In this document: positions 10,237-19,197 of the stretch, piece by piece | Layout of the letters: the number at the start of each line of letters is the position of its first letter | Numbering within the stretch: position 1 is the first letter of the stretch | NCBI GenBank assembly: GCA_903827975.1 | Contig: CAIKKG010000027.1 | Span: 5,403-69,402 of the forward strand | From: an uncultured bacterium | GTDB taxonomy: Bacteria > Patescibacteriota > Minisyncoccia > UBA6257 > GWB1-50-10 | DNA: 64,000 nt | Direction of reading: 5' to 3' | Translations under genes and position numbers: made by a program | Notes under the pieces: model-generated | The model's database searches: none | What the model saw: only the letters and a program-made list of their open reading frames with translations | Told to the model about the DNA's origin: nothing

Positions 10237-10434
10237 ATGAAAAGGCTGTTTTACCAGGCTAAGGCAATCCTTTGGTTTCTTGCATTTATGTCCTTTGCGT
10301 TTATTTTTCCAGTATACGCATTATCAGGATTAATCTCTTTTATTTTTGAATTCTCTTGGTTGGTCTGTTTATTTTCTGCTTTAATGGTTTATTTCTTATT
10401 CATCTCCTTAATTTCGTATAATTCTCTTCCTTAG
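10237..10434 (+). CDS. Small 2-TM hypothetical membrane protein
   Basis: SD AAAGGGGG, hydrophobic 65 aa, followed by a terminator at ~10454-10484. Confidence 0.55.
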   Translation: MKRLFYQAKAILWFLAFMSFAFIFPVYALSGLISFIFEFSWLVCLFSALMVYFLFISLISYNSLP

Positions 10435-10582
10435 ATATTTCGGTATTTTTTTAAAACCCGGGCGCAAATGTGTCCGGGTTTTTAATTTGGGTTTTGACAC
10501 TCAGGGGTCCCTGGATTTATACTAAATAAGCAAAAGTCGAAAATTTGCACGTGGATGAAAACAAACTTATTTAACACTATTT

Positions 10583-12106
10583 ATGGAATTTACTCCCTTA
10601 CTGACGGGGGGTCTTGTGGTTTTGGCACTTGCTGGAGGATTCGTCCTCCGAATTTGGGTAGCAAAGCGCTCTAAGCATTCATTAGAGCAGACAATTAAAG
10701 CAGAGCTAGAATCCGCTAGGTCCGAGGCTAAAGAGGTTGTTCTTGAGGCAAAAAATAAAGCTGCATCAATTGTTGATGAGGCACAGAAGGAAGAGCGCGA
10801 CCGCAAACAGGAATTGCGCCGCGTTGAAGAGCGTTTGGTAAAAAAAGAGGATTCATTAGATGTGGATCGTCGCGCAATTGAAGTTGAGGAAAAACATATT
10901 AAAGAGGAGTTAGCCAGAGTGGTTACACTTGAGGCCGATGTTAAAGGTGCTCATGAAAAAATAATAAAGGAGATGGAGCGGGTTGGTCAGCTTACTCGCG
11001 AGGAGGCGAGGACCGCAATAACAAAAGAGTTTGAGGATGCTCATAGAGATGAGCTTGCAAAAATGATTGGTAGGTTGGAGAGGGAGAAGTATGATGAGAT
11101 ACAGAAGAAGAGTGTTGATATTATGACAACGGCTATTCAACGCTATTCTCGTGAGTGTGTTAATGATGTGACAACAAGTGTTGTTCCACTTCCAAACGAA
11201 GAAATAAAAGGAAAGATTATTGGAAGAGAGGGTAGGAACATTCGCGCATTTGAGAGACTAACCGGAGTTGAGGTTATTGTTGATGATTCTCCTGAAAACT
11301 TAATCATCTCCTCATTTGATCCATTTAGACGTGAGCTTGCAAAAATCGCATTAGAAAAACTTTTGAAGGATGGACGTATTCAACCTGCAAAAATTGAGGA
11401 GAAGGTTGAGGAGGCACATCGCGAGCTAGATGAGCGCGTAAGAAAAATTGGTGAGGAGGCCGCATTTGAAGTTGGGGTTTTGGATATTCCAAAAGAAATT
11501 ATTCCAGTCCTTGGCCGTTTAAATTTTAGAACCAGTTATGGACAGAATGTGTTGCAGCACTCTATCGAGATGGCACACATCGCTTCTATGATTGCGACTG
11601 ATCTTGGGCTTAATGTTATGGTTACAAAAAAGGCAGCACTTTTGCATGACATTGGTAAAGCTATGAGTCATGAAATTGAGGGGACTCATGTTGAGATTGG
11701 TAGGAAGCTTTTGAAAAAGTATAACGTTGATGAGGCAGTAATAAGAGCAATGGAATCACACCATGAGGAGTTTCCATTTTCTTCACCCGAGTCTTATGTT
11801 GTTACAGCAGCAGACGCAATATCAGCAGGAAGGCCTGGTGCACGCAGAGATACACTAGAGAAATATATTAAGCGCTTAGAAGATATTGAGAAGGTTGTTA
11901 AAACATTTGACGGAGTTAAGCAGGCATATGCAATATCAGCAGGAAGAGAGGTCAGGGTGTTCGTTGTCCCTGAAAAAATTGATGATTTTGGAGCATTCCA
12001 GATTGCAAAACAGATTGCTTCTAAGATTAAATCTGATGTCCAATTTCCTGGTGAGATTAAGGTCACAGTATTGCGTGAGGTGCGCGCTGTTGAGTACGCA
12101 AGATAG
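10583..12106 (+). CDS. rny: Ribonuclease Y
   Basis: N-terminal TM, coiled coil, KH (KGKIIGREGRNIR), HD (LLHDIGK). Confidence 0.97.
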   Translation: MEFTPLLTGGLVVLALAGGFVLRIWVAKRSKHSLEQTIKAELESARSEAKEVVLEAKNKAASIVDEAQKEERDRKQELRRVEERLVKKEDSLDVDRRAIEVEEKHIKEELARVVTLEADVKGAHEKIIKEMERVGQLTREEARTAITKEFEDAHRDELAKMIGRLEREKYDEIQKKSVDIMTTAIQRYSRECVNDVTTSVVPLPNEEIKGKIIGREGRNIRAFERLTGVEVIVDDSPENLIISSFDPFRRELAKIALEKLLKDGRIQPAKIEEKVEEAHRELDERVRKIGEEAAFEVGVLDIPKEIIPVLGRLNFRTSYGQNVLQHSIEMAHIASMIATDLGLNVMVTKKAALLHDIGKAMSHEIEGTHVEIGRKLLKKYNVDEAVIRAMESHHEEFPFSSPESYVVTAADAISAGRPGARRDTLEKYIKRLEDIEKVVKTFDGVKQAYAISAGREVRVFVVPEKIDDFGAFQIAKQIASKIKSDVQFPGEIKVTVLREVRAVEYAR

Positions 12107-12219
12107 TCGTTATTTGTGCACGACATAAAAAGCGTGTAAAATACAAGGGAATTTGGTATAATACAACCAATCGAAAGGTCGAGACTGATTAATCATTAAA
12201 ACAATAGCTATTATATTTT

Positions 12220-12495
12220 ATGAAGAAAGATGGAATCGTAGAAGCCGTAATGAACGCGGCAGGTATTGAAACAAAGAAGCAGGCAACAGCAGCAGTTGAG
12301 GCAGTATTTGAGACAATCATCAAAACACTTGGCCGCGGCGAAGAAGTTGCATACACAGGCTTTGGTACATTTAAAGTTGCAAAGCGCGCAGCTCGCATGG
12401 GTGTTAACCCAAAGACAGGCGAGAAGATTCAGATCAAGGCATCAACAAAGCCAAAATTCCGCGCAGGAAAACTTTTAAAGGAGGCAGTACTTTAA
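12220..12495 (+). CDS. hup: DNA-binding protein HU
   Basis: GFGTFKVAKRAARMGVNPKTGEKIQI..PKFRAGKLLK. Confidence 0.95.
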   Translation: MKKDGIVEAVMNAAGIETKKQATAAVEAVFETIIKTLGRGEEVAYTGFGTFKVAKRAARMGVNPKTGEKIQIKASTKPKFRAGKLLKEAVL

Positions 12496-12627
12496 TTTTA
12501 GGATTAAAGAATAAAGAAAGAACATCAAAATCCCGCATTTAATGCGGGATTTTGTGTTGTATTTATCCATTGACGCGTCATCTTTTTTGCTGTTTACTCA
12601 TGACAGGACTTTTGATGGAGGTACGAT

Positions 12628-12864
12628 ATGTTAAGGGTAGTATATTTCCACTTCACGGAGCTCGAGACAAAAGTTCGTCTACCTCCCGAAGAGCATGAGA
12701 TTGATGATGAGGACGAGTTTGATGTCTTCACTTTTCAAGTGTTCTTGGCAAAGATTGGTGTTCGCAGTATGCAACCCTTTACTCGTAATGGTAAGAAGAT
12801 GCTCTTGGCATTTATTACCGACGAAAAAGGGAACCAACTCTTTTACAATGCACATAACTTTTAA
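12628..12864 (+). CDS. Hypothetical protein
   Basis: TTGACG promoter at ~12570, GGAGG SD, hairpin AAGAGGCG..CGCCTCTT plus T-run after the stop. Confidence 0.6.
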   Translation: MLRVVYFHFTELETKVRLPPEEHEIDDEDEFDVFTFQVFLAKIGVRSMQPFTRNGKKMLLAFITDEKGNQLFYNAHNF

Positions 12865-12944
12865 GAGGCGAACTTACAAATCCGCCTCTTTTTTATACCA
12901 TTAATATATGACAAAGAGGTTTTAAAAAAATATACTTATATACG

Positions 12945-13409
12945 ATGTTTAATCTAACCATTATTGCTGTTGGGGGAATAAGAAACTCTTATTTTAAGGA
13001 GGCGGTAAATGAATATTTAAAACGCATAAAACCATTTGCAAAAGTTGAGATTATTGAAGTTGCTGCAACCCCATTTAAGAGTGATGGGGAGATAACACGT
13101 GCTAAGGAAAAGGAGGGGGATTTGATTATAAGTGTTATAGAAAAGAAGCAGGGTGATGTATTCATTCTTGATGAACTTGGAAAGGAGTTGAATTCAGAAG
13201 AATTTTCAAATTTTATTACTACAAGGAACAAGCAGATAATATTTGTAATCGGTGGCACTGCTGGATTGTCAGACAAGTTAAAAAAAGGCTATAAATCAAT
13301 CTCTCTATCAAGACTTACGATGCCACACGAGCTTGTTCGCGTATTATTGCTGGAGCAGGTGTATCGCTCTGTTACGATGCAACAAAAGCGAAATAAATAT
13401 AATTATTGA
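12945..13409 (+). CDS. rlmH: 23S rRNA m3Psi1915 methyltransferase
   Basis: IIAVG, LDELGKELNSEEF, FVIGG..G, SLSRLTMPHELVRVLLLEQVYR. Confidence 0.95.
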   Translation: MFNLTIIAVGGIRNSYFKEAVNEYLKRIKPFAKVEIIEVAATPFKSDGEITRAKEKEGDLIISVIEKKQGDVFILDELGKELNSEEFSNFITTRNKQIIFVIGGTAGLSDKLKKGYKSISLSRLTMPHELVRVLLLEQVYRSVTMQQKRNKYNY

Positions 13410-13448
13410 CCTATAACTTAAATCCCCGCCATCAGGCGGGGATTTAAG

Positions 13449-14339
13449 TTACTTGAGGAGTCTCCTCACAAGACTGCTCATGTCAATAAAGATTTTGTAG
13501 GCATCCCTTATTTTTAATGAGGAATCCTTTACAATATCTCTTATTGATTTGGGTTGGGGCAGATCGCCACTTAGAGTACTGGTGGCGTTATCACCGGTTA
13601 AATTATTGCTTATAATAGCTTCTTTATTAATATCCGTAATTTCACTTGATGTTGCAGTACTCGTGCTCACGGTTATAAATGTATCAAAGAATGATGTGTG
13701 AGCCTCTTTGATTATTACATCACCAGCAGATACAAGTGTGTTTGCGTTCTGCAACATTTTTCGAGCAGAATCAATATTTTTTACCTTCACTTTTTCTAGT
13801 TTTTTGATGTCCTCATCAATTTTCTGATAGCGAGACTTGGCCATATCTACTGTTTTTTCCTGCTGATCTATGAGCAGGTAATCACGAACCTCATTTAGAG
13901 TAGGTAGGTAATTTTCCTCTCGCCATGCTTTGAAATTCTCAGCAATGTTCTTAACCTCTATAGCCGTTAAATCACTTACGTTGTTATCAATGTTTTTATT
14001 TTGTGCTTCAAAATAGCTTATAACTGATACAAACTCATTAAGTTTTGATGTCTGCCATGATAGCTCGTCTCCAGCAAGATTTTTTATAGCACTCAATTTT
14101 GCGCTTGAGTCTTTTGCTTCTGCAATAGATAGGCTAATAGCCTGTTTTAATGTTTGTATACGAAGAGAGAGTTCATCACTCTTTTTTCCATCCTTTGACG
14201 ATACAAGACTATCTATAGTTTCCTTAGCACTCTCCATCGCTTTTTTAACGCCAGTTGATTGTGCGGATGCGAAAGAGGGTATCACTGTACTTATGGCGAT
14301 TATCGCAAGAATGGCGAATTTTGATGTTTGTCTTTTCAT
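13449..14339 (-). CDS. Secreted coiled-coil hypothetical protein (third gene of the ECF operon)
   Basis: Signal peptide ending ASA-Q; helical; 4 nt downstream of the anti-sigma gene. Confidence 0.7.
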   Translation of the reverse strand: MKRQTSKFAILAIIAISTVIPSFASAQSTGVKKAMESAKETIDSLVSSKDGKKSDELSLRIQTLKQAISLSIAEAKDSSAKLSAIKNLAGDELSWQTSKLNEFVSVISYFEAQNKNIDNNVSDLTAIEVKNIAENFKAWREENYLPTLNEVRDYLLIDQQEKTVDMAKSRYQKIDEDIKKLEKVKVKNIDSARKMLQNANTLVSAGDVIIKEAHTSFFDTFITVSTSTATSSEITDINKEAIISNNLTGDNATSTLSGDLPQPKSIRDIVKDSSLKIRDAYKIFIDMSSLVRRLLK

Positions 14340-14343
14340 TTTA

Positions 14344-14826
14344 TTAATTGATTACTTGGTTTAAAAGTGTATCGACATTTTTTGCACCAGTATCATCAAT
14401 TGATGCGTTTTTTTGTGCTTCTGAATTAATTAAATCAGAATTTAAGTGACTTGTTTTTGTATCGCTAACCTCACTTATTGCAGATGAGATTGTCTGGCTT
14501 ACTGTCTGCTCATAGGTTATCTCTTTAAGCTGAATATTTATAGGCAGATTTCCGTACTCACCAATAAGCGTTTCTGGACTAAGTGATGCTGAAAGCGTTG
14601 GCTTTGGGAATGCCAACGGCACAGCTACAATAATTAATAAAAGAATCGCTGTAAGTCCGGCGCCGCTTAATGCCCACGCATTACGGGAAAATGAAAACCT
14701 TGGAAGTGAAAAAGATGATTCACGAATATCACGATTTCCGATAATCGCATATTTAGCGCGAATAGCAAAATCACGATCAGGTTCAATCGTTCTTAATTGC
14801 TTTAATTGTTCTTTAATGTTTATCAT
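14344..14826 (-). CDS. Probable single-TM anti-sigma factor
   Basis: Overlaps the ECF sigma stop; LKQLRTIEPDRDF N-terminal segment then one TM. Confidence 0.6.
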   Translation of the reverse strand: MINIKEQLKQLRTIEPDRDFAIRAKYAIIGNRDIRESSFSLPRFSFSRNAWALSGAGLTAILLLIIVAVPLAFPKPTLSASLSPETLIGEYGNLPINIQLKEITYEQTVSQTISSAISEVSDTKTSHLNSDLINSEAQKNASIDDTGAKNVDTLLNQVIN

Positions 14827-15355
14827 CTAATTTTTCCTTTAGTTGTTTTAATGCTCTGTGCTGAATAACTCTAACAGCCCCCTCAGTCTTTCCCATTATC
14901 TCTGCTATCTCACCATTTGAAAGTTCTTCAACGAATTTCATGAGAAGCACGTTCTGCTGATCTGTTTCAAGTTTCGCAAGTGCAACCTTCACCACTCCTA
15001 TATCAATCGCCGTATCTATCCTATCCTCATCCCCAGGGCTTTCAGAGAAGAATTCCTCTGGTACCTGATCAATACTTATGTTTGGTTTGGAAGTCCGGTA
15101 AAAATCAATCACTGCATTTCCGGCTATCCTATATAACCAACTTGAGAAGGGGAATCCCTTAAACTCGTAGTTTGCTATATTTTGCCAAGCGCTCGAAAAG
15201 ACCTGTTGCGTTATATCCTCGGCATCCTGTTTTCTCTGAACCTTTAAAAAAACGAATCTGTATATCTTCGCAAGGTGCAGATCATATAGTTTGCCAAAGG
15301 CGGCGCCATCGCCGTTCTTCGCCTTTTCAATGAGCAATTGTTCTTCGTCTTTCAT
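14813..15355 (-). CDS. ECF RNA polymerase sigma factor (start reassigned to 15355)
   Basis: AFGKLYD, DAEDITQQVF, FSSWLYRIAGN, EIAEIMGKTEGAVRVIQHRA. Confidence 0.93.
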   Translation of the reverse strand: MKDEEQLLIEKAKNGDGAAFGKLYDLHLAKIYRFVFLKVQRKQDAEDITQQVFSSAWQNIANYEFKGFPFSSWLYRIAGNAVIDFYRTSKPNISIDQVPEEFFSESPGDEDRIDTAIDIGVVKVALAKLETDQQNVLLMKFVEELSNGEIAEIMGKTEGAVRVIQHRALKQLKEKLDDKH

Positions 15356-15361
15356 ATATAG

Positions 15362-15386
15362 AACGAATAAGTTTAGATTTTGTTTC
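15362..15386 (-). promoter_or_regulatory. ECF-type promoter GAAAC-N16-CGTT (autoregulatory, leaderless)
   Basis: Ends 6 nt before the sigma ATG; the same motif occurs at 23111-23135 and 35226-35250. Confidence 0.65.
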
Positions 15387-15649
15387 GCCAATGTGGCATA
15401 AACACTATTTGTTACATAGGAGTAATTTGTAACGCCTTGTAACACAACCTATTTCGAACTTAATTTTAGCAAAATAACGAGCATTAGTCCATGTAAGTGC
15501 GAATTATGCTAGATAAATGCAGTGTAGTTGTAACTAGGTCTGTTTTTTGCCTTGCTATAAAAATAAGCCAAAAATATTTTGATTTTAACTTATTATCTTT
15601 TAAGTATTGTGGTCTGAGGTTGGGTTGCTAGAACCGACCAAATATAAAT

Positions 15650-15785
15650 CCCATAAATGGGGATTTCTTGGAGCGGGTAAGGGGAATCTCCTTCGCCTCT
15701 CAACTCGTCGTCACTCATCTCGGGCTAGGCACCGCCTCACTGTGTGCACTACTGAGTGCACACAGTTCCGGCGTCCGATTCCCCT
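15650..15785 (-). repeat. tRNA-Gly-associated element, family A (antisense T-arm, core, duplicated tRNA 3' end and terminator)
   Basis: 39-bp direct repeat 15650-15688 = 15796-15834; 13-nt inverted T-arm copy at 15773-15785; core homologous to 19060-19142. Confidence 0.85.
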
Positions 15786-15814
15786 AAGCAAAATCCCCAT
15801 AAATGGGGATTTCT

Positions 15815-15888
15815 TGGAGCGGGTAAGGGGAATCGGACCCCTGGCGCCAGTTTGGAAAACTGGGGTATTACCACTATACGATACCCGC
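15815..15888 (-). tRNA. tRNA-Gly(TCC)
   Basis: GCGGGTA acceptor, CCAGT-TTTCCAA-ACTGG, variant T-loop GTCCGA, encoded CCA. Confidence 0.95.
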
Positions 15889-16013
15889 GACTCCTTGTTT
15901 GACTAGAATAGGATACAAAATTATTCGAGAACCCGCAAGATGTATAAGGGCCTAAATAATTGAATTAGTTTTGTTTTTGACTTATGATGGGTTGAGACAA
16001 ATAAGGTAAATAT

Positions 16014-16622
16014 ATGTTAAATAACAAGCAAACAAAGATGGTTGCGGTTGGCAGTGTGCTTTTCCTTGTGTTGCTTTTTACATCTCTATACTTCATGCGT
16101 AGTGGCGGCGGATCGCCAGAAGCAAATCTTCCTCAGACATTTTTGCTTTCGAGAAAAACAGCAGCACTTATTAGTCAGAATATTGTAGACCTCACAAATA
16201 AAACAGGTGAGAAAATTTCTTCTGCAAATACAGCAGACTTAGCAGGTGATAGAGCTCGAGCAAGTTCGCTTATTTTAGAGGCTCAAAATACGAATGTTGA
16301 AGCAAGTCGCGCCGCATCTCAATTGGCGGGACAGTTGAAAGTTCTTACTGAGTCACTTGCAACAATGAGTTCAGTGAGCAGTCAGAGACTTGCGTATGAA
16401 GCAGTTGCAACGGAGTTGGCATTGGTTTCTGAGTTTGTTGTTTATACGCAAAACTTAAATGAATTTTTGGAGAAACTTCTAGTGTCTATGGAAACCGATA
16501 CAAAAGTAAGTAAAGCGGACATCGCATCGTCTCTCACGGCTACAAATAAAAGCGCGAGAAAAATAAATTCACTGAATGCTGAGTTTAGCGACAGGATGGC
16601 GAAGTTAGATAAATCGTTCTAA
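16014..16622 (+). CDS. Membrane-anchored helical hypothetical protein
   Basis: N-terminal TM, 202 aa, terminator at ~16626-16655. Confidence 0.7.
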   Translation: MLNNKQTKMVAVGSVLFLVLLFTSLYFMRSGGGSPEANLPQTFLLSRKTAALISQNIVDLTNKTGEKISSANTADLAGDRARASSLILEAQNTNVEASRAASQLAGQLKVLTESLATMSSVSSQRLAYEAVATELALVSEFVVYTQNLNEFLEKLLVSMETDTKVSKADIASSLTATNKSARKINSLNAEFSDRMAKLDKSF

Positions 16623-16660
16623 ATATCAAAAAAGCCCTTTCGGGCTTTTTTGATACTGTG

Positions 16661-16732
16661 TCCCCTCGGAGGGAATCGAACCCCCATCAAGACCTTAGAA
16701 GAGTCCTGCTTTATCCATTAAGCTACGAGGGG
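16661..16732 (-). tRNA. tRNA-Arg(TCT)
   Basis: CCCCTCG/CGAGGGG acceptor, GGACT-CTTCTAA-GGTCT, GGTTCGATTCC. Confidence 0.93.
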
Positions 16733-16788
16733 TTAATGAACAAAATTGATTCTAAACGAAAAGTAATGTAATTTAAAGACCTGTGGTT

Positions 16789-16859
16789 CGGAGCGTAGTA
16801 TACCGGCAGTACACCTACCTTGGGCGTAGGCAGACCGGGTTCAATTCCCGGCGCTCCGA
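16789..16859 (+). tRNA. tRNA-Pro(TGG)
   Basis: CGGAGCG/CGCTCCG acceptor, CCTAC-CTTGGGC-GTAGG, GGTTCAATTCC. Confidence 0.93.
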
Positions 16860-16903
16860 CTAACAAAAAAATAAGACCTAATTCGGGTCTTATTTTTTAT
16901 CCC

Positions 16904-17070
16904 GCGCTGGGAATTGAACGGGAAGGGGGTCGGGGAAACAGGAGTTTCCACGTGGCGGAAGTATTGAAACCGCTGGGTTTCAAAAATTTTGCGAATACAA
17001 AATTTGTTTACTTCCCGGCGCTCCGACTAACAAAAAAATAAGACCTAATTCGGGTCTTATTTTTTTATCC
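16904..17070 (+). repeat. tRNA-Pro-associated element, family B (antisense T-arm, core, duplicated tRNA 3' end and terminator)
   Basis: 54-bp direct repeat 16845-16898 = 17012-17065; 15/16 inverted T-arm copy at 16904-16919; core homologous to 21351-21400. Confidence 0.85.
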
Positions 17071-17114
17071 TCATTTGGATTTTGTTAACACCTCAATAAA
17101 AAAAACTCAACGTA

Positions 17115-17888
17115 CTAACGCGTTGGCCTTTTAATTAATAGACTTATAAAGAATATCGCTGAACTTACGAGCGCGGTTGCGAAGCTCGGATTAATTGGAT
17201 AAATGCGTGATATTACGAGACCTGAGAGAAGTGCAATGACCGCAAGTCCAATACTAAGAGTTATAAATCCTTTAAATGACCCGGCAATGTTTTTTGCGGT
17301 TACTGATGGAATTATAAGAAGTGCACTCATTAGTAAAACTCCCACAAAACTAATTCCGACCGCGATTGTGAGTGCAATAAGAATAAGTAGTAGCAATTCC
17401 ATTTTTGGTTGAGAGATGCGAGATGATGTTGCAAGGTCTGGTGCAATTGATGATAGGGCGAGTGGTTTCAAAAGATAAAGAGCTGTTGCGATTATTCCGA
17501 TTGATATCACGGCCTGAGCTAGAGCCTGTTCTAGGGTTATATTTTGAGCATTGCCGAAAAATGCTTCTAGTAAATCTTGCTCTGGTATTAAGAGTGCGCC
17601 CAAGGAAAGTGCAGTTACAAATAGCACTCCAGTAATTGATTCAACGGCTAGCCTTGTTTTCATCTCTATATACCAAATAAGAAGAACACCAACAAATAGC
17701 AGTGCCACTCCACCAAACAAAGGATTAAATTTAAATACTATTCCAATTGCTATGCCTGGAAGTGCGACGTGTGAGAGTGCATCAGAAAGTAGCGTCATCT
17801 TTCTAAGTGTTAGAAGTGAACCTACAATTCCACTTGCTGCAGCAACTAGAATTCCCGAAAGAGTTGTTAGTGTTAAAAGTTCTGTCAT
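17115..17888 (-). CDS. znuB: Zn/Mn ABC transporter permease
   Basis: LRKMTLLSDALSHVALPGIA, VGVLLMSALLIIP. Confidence 0.88.
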   Translation of the reverse strand: MTELLTLTTLSGILVAAASGIVGSLLTLRKMTLLSDALSHVALPGIAIGIVFKFNPLFGGVALLFVGVLLIWYIEMKTRLAVESITGVLFVTALSLGALLIPEQDLLEAFFGNAQNITLEQALAQAVISIGIIATALYLLKPLALSSIAPDLATSSRISQPKMELLLLILIALTIAVGISFVGVLLMSALLIIPSVTAKNIAGSFKGFITLSIGLAVIALLSGLVISRIYPINPSFATALVSSAIFFISLLIKRPTR

Positions 17889-17892
17889 GATA

Positions 17893-18633
17893 TTAGGCTT
17901 TGTCTTCGTGCTCGGGTTTCGCGTCTATTTTTATTGTTCCATAATCGTGATCATGGTGGAAAAATGTCTGGTCCTTGTATAGAGAGGAAAGCTTATCAAC
18001 TGTAAGCTCATCTTCCGGTTGTCCGTAGCAGACCATTTTCTGATTTAAACAAAGCACATTATTTGCATATCGATACACAGCATGAAGGTCATGCGAAATA
18101 ATTAGTAATGCAACACCAATTGAGTCTTGTAGTGTGTGTAATAAAGAGTAGATAGATTCCTGGCCAACAACGTCAACGTTTTCTGTTGGTTCATCAAATA
18201 AAAGAATCTGAGGATTATCTAAAAGCGACCACGCGAGTAATATTCTTTGGAGCTGTCCACTGGAGAGGTGTGCAAGTTTGCGACTGAGCCAACTCGTATC
18301 CACTTTTACCAACTTCAATGCTTTCTCATTCGTCATCTCACGAGTTGGTTTAAGGTTAAGAAATTCAGCAACCGTCATCGGAAGATATAAATCTACATGA
18401 AAGCGTTGCGGTAGGTATCCTACGCGGATGTTTGGCGCCCATTCTATCTTGCCCTCGGTTGGTTTTATTATTCCAAGTAGTGTTTTCAAGAGAACTGACT
18501 TGCCGGCGCCGTTTGGACCGATGATTGCGAGCACTTGTTCCTTGTCTAATGAAAAAGAAACATTGCTCAATATCTTATTGTCTCCAATGGTTACCGAGAG
18601 GTCTTCAACTTTTAATAATTGTGTTTCACTCAT
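17893..18633 (-). CDS. znuC: Zn/Mn ABC transporter ATPase
   Basis: GPNGAGKS, GYLPQ, LSSGQLQR, FDEPT, His-rich C-terminus. Confidence 0.88.
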   Translation of the reverse strand: MSETQLLKVEDLSVTIGDNKILSNVSFSLDKEQVLAIIGPNGAGKSVLLKTLLGIIKPTEGKIEWAPNIRVGYLPQRFHVDLYLPMTVAEFLNLKPTREMTNEKALKLVKVDTSWLSRKLAHLSSGQLQRILLAWSLLDNPQILLFDEPTENVDVVGQESIYSLLHTLQDSIGVALLIISHDLHAVYRYANNVLCLNQKMVCYGQPEDELTVDKLSSLYKDQTFFHHDHDYGTIKIDAKPEHEDKA

Positions 18634-18686
18634 TTTGACTTATGACTATGTTATTGATTATACTGGAATTGTTTGAAAAACGAATA

Positions 18687-18981
18687 GCCGCGGTAGCTCA
18701 GCGGTAGAGCGCAGCCCTAAACTCTTTGGGGCGCGACTCGGTAACGAGTCGATGAAAATCGGGTGAACTCGGGGAAAACTTTCTTAATGGAAAAAAGAAA
18801 ACAATCCCGAACCAAGCTCTGTAGGGCATAAAGGTTACAGAGAAGGCGTAGAGACTAGCGGGTGAGTCCCAACAATAATCCTGCAAATAGCGCCCGACAT
18901 CCTAAATATTAGGATGATGAGATAGTCCAAATTCAGCCTTGGAAGAGGCTGGCGTCGGGGGTTCAACTCCCTCCCGCGGCA
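18687..18981 (+). tRNA. tRNA-Phe(GAA) interrupted by a group I intron (exons 18687-18718 and 18942-18981)
   Basis: Joined exons give GCCGCGG/CCGCGGC-A acceptor, CAGCC-CT|GAAGA-GGCTG anticodon arm and GGTTCAACTCC T-arm. Confidence 0.9.
18719..18941 (+). ncRNA. Group I self-splicing intron, 223 nt, inserted after U33
   Basis: P1 GCCCU/GGGGC with U.G at the 5' splice site, P2 GACTCG-GTAA-CGAGTC, P3 TCGGGTG/CGCCCGA, P7 GAGACTA/TAGTCC, P8 CATCCT/AGGATG, terminal G, P10 CTCTTT/GAAGAG. Confidence 0.88.
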
Positions 18982-19011
18982 CAATAAAAACCCCGTAAGG
19001 GGTTTTTTATT

Positions 19012-19190
19012 TGCCACGGGAAACCTCGCAATTTATTGCGAAGTGTTCGGGAGTTGAACGCCGGAGCGTATCACGCTCAGTAGTGTGTGATGCGAGGCGG
19101 TGCCCAACCCGAGGTGAGTGAAGACGAACTGAGAGGTTAGGGCAACTCCCTCCCGCGGCACAATAAAAACCCCGTCGATTGACGGGGTTT
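19012..19190 (+). repeat. tRNA-Phe-associated element, family A
   Basis: 33-bp direct repeat 18964-18996 = 19143-19175; inverted tRNA 3' copy at 19012-19021 plus 19049-19059; core homologous to 15689-15772. Confidence 0.85.
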
Positions 19191-19197
19191 TGTTTTA

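Noticed and set aside
15607-15906. 99-aa plus-strand ORF; similar ORFs at 5897-6184, 16820-17041, 18698-19017 and 19007-19378
   Set aside because: They overlap tRNAs, the intron or the tRNA-associated elements and have no protein-like motifs.
18934-18981. Stand-alone tRNA fragment with an 8-nt anticodon loop (CAGCC-TTGGAAGA-GGCTG)
   Set aside because: Better explained as the intron 3' end plus the 3' exon of tRNA-Phe.
15650-19190. Prophage or integrative island at the tRNA direct repeats
   Set aside because: The repeats are only about 145-180 bp apart and enclose no integrase or cargo.
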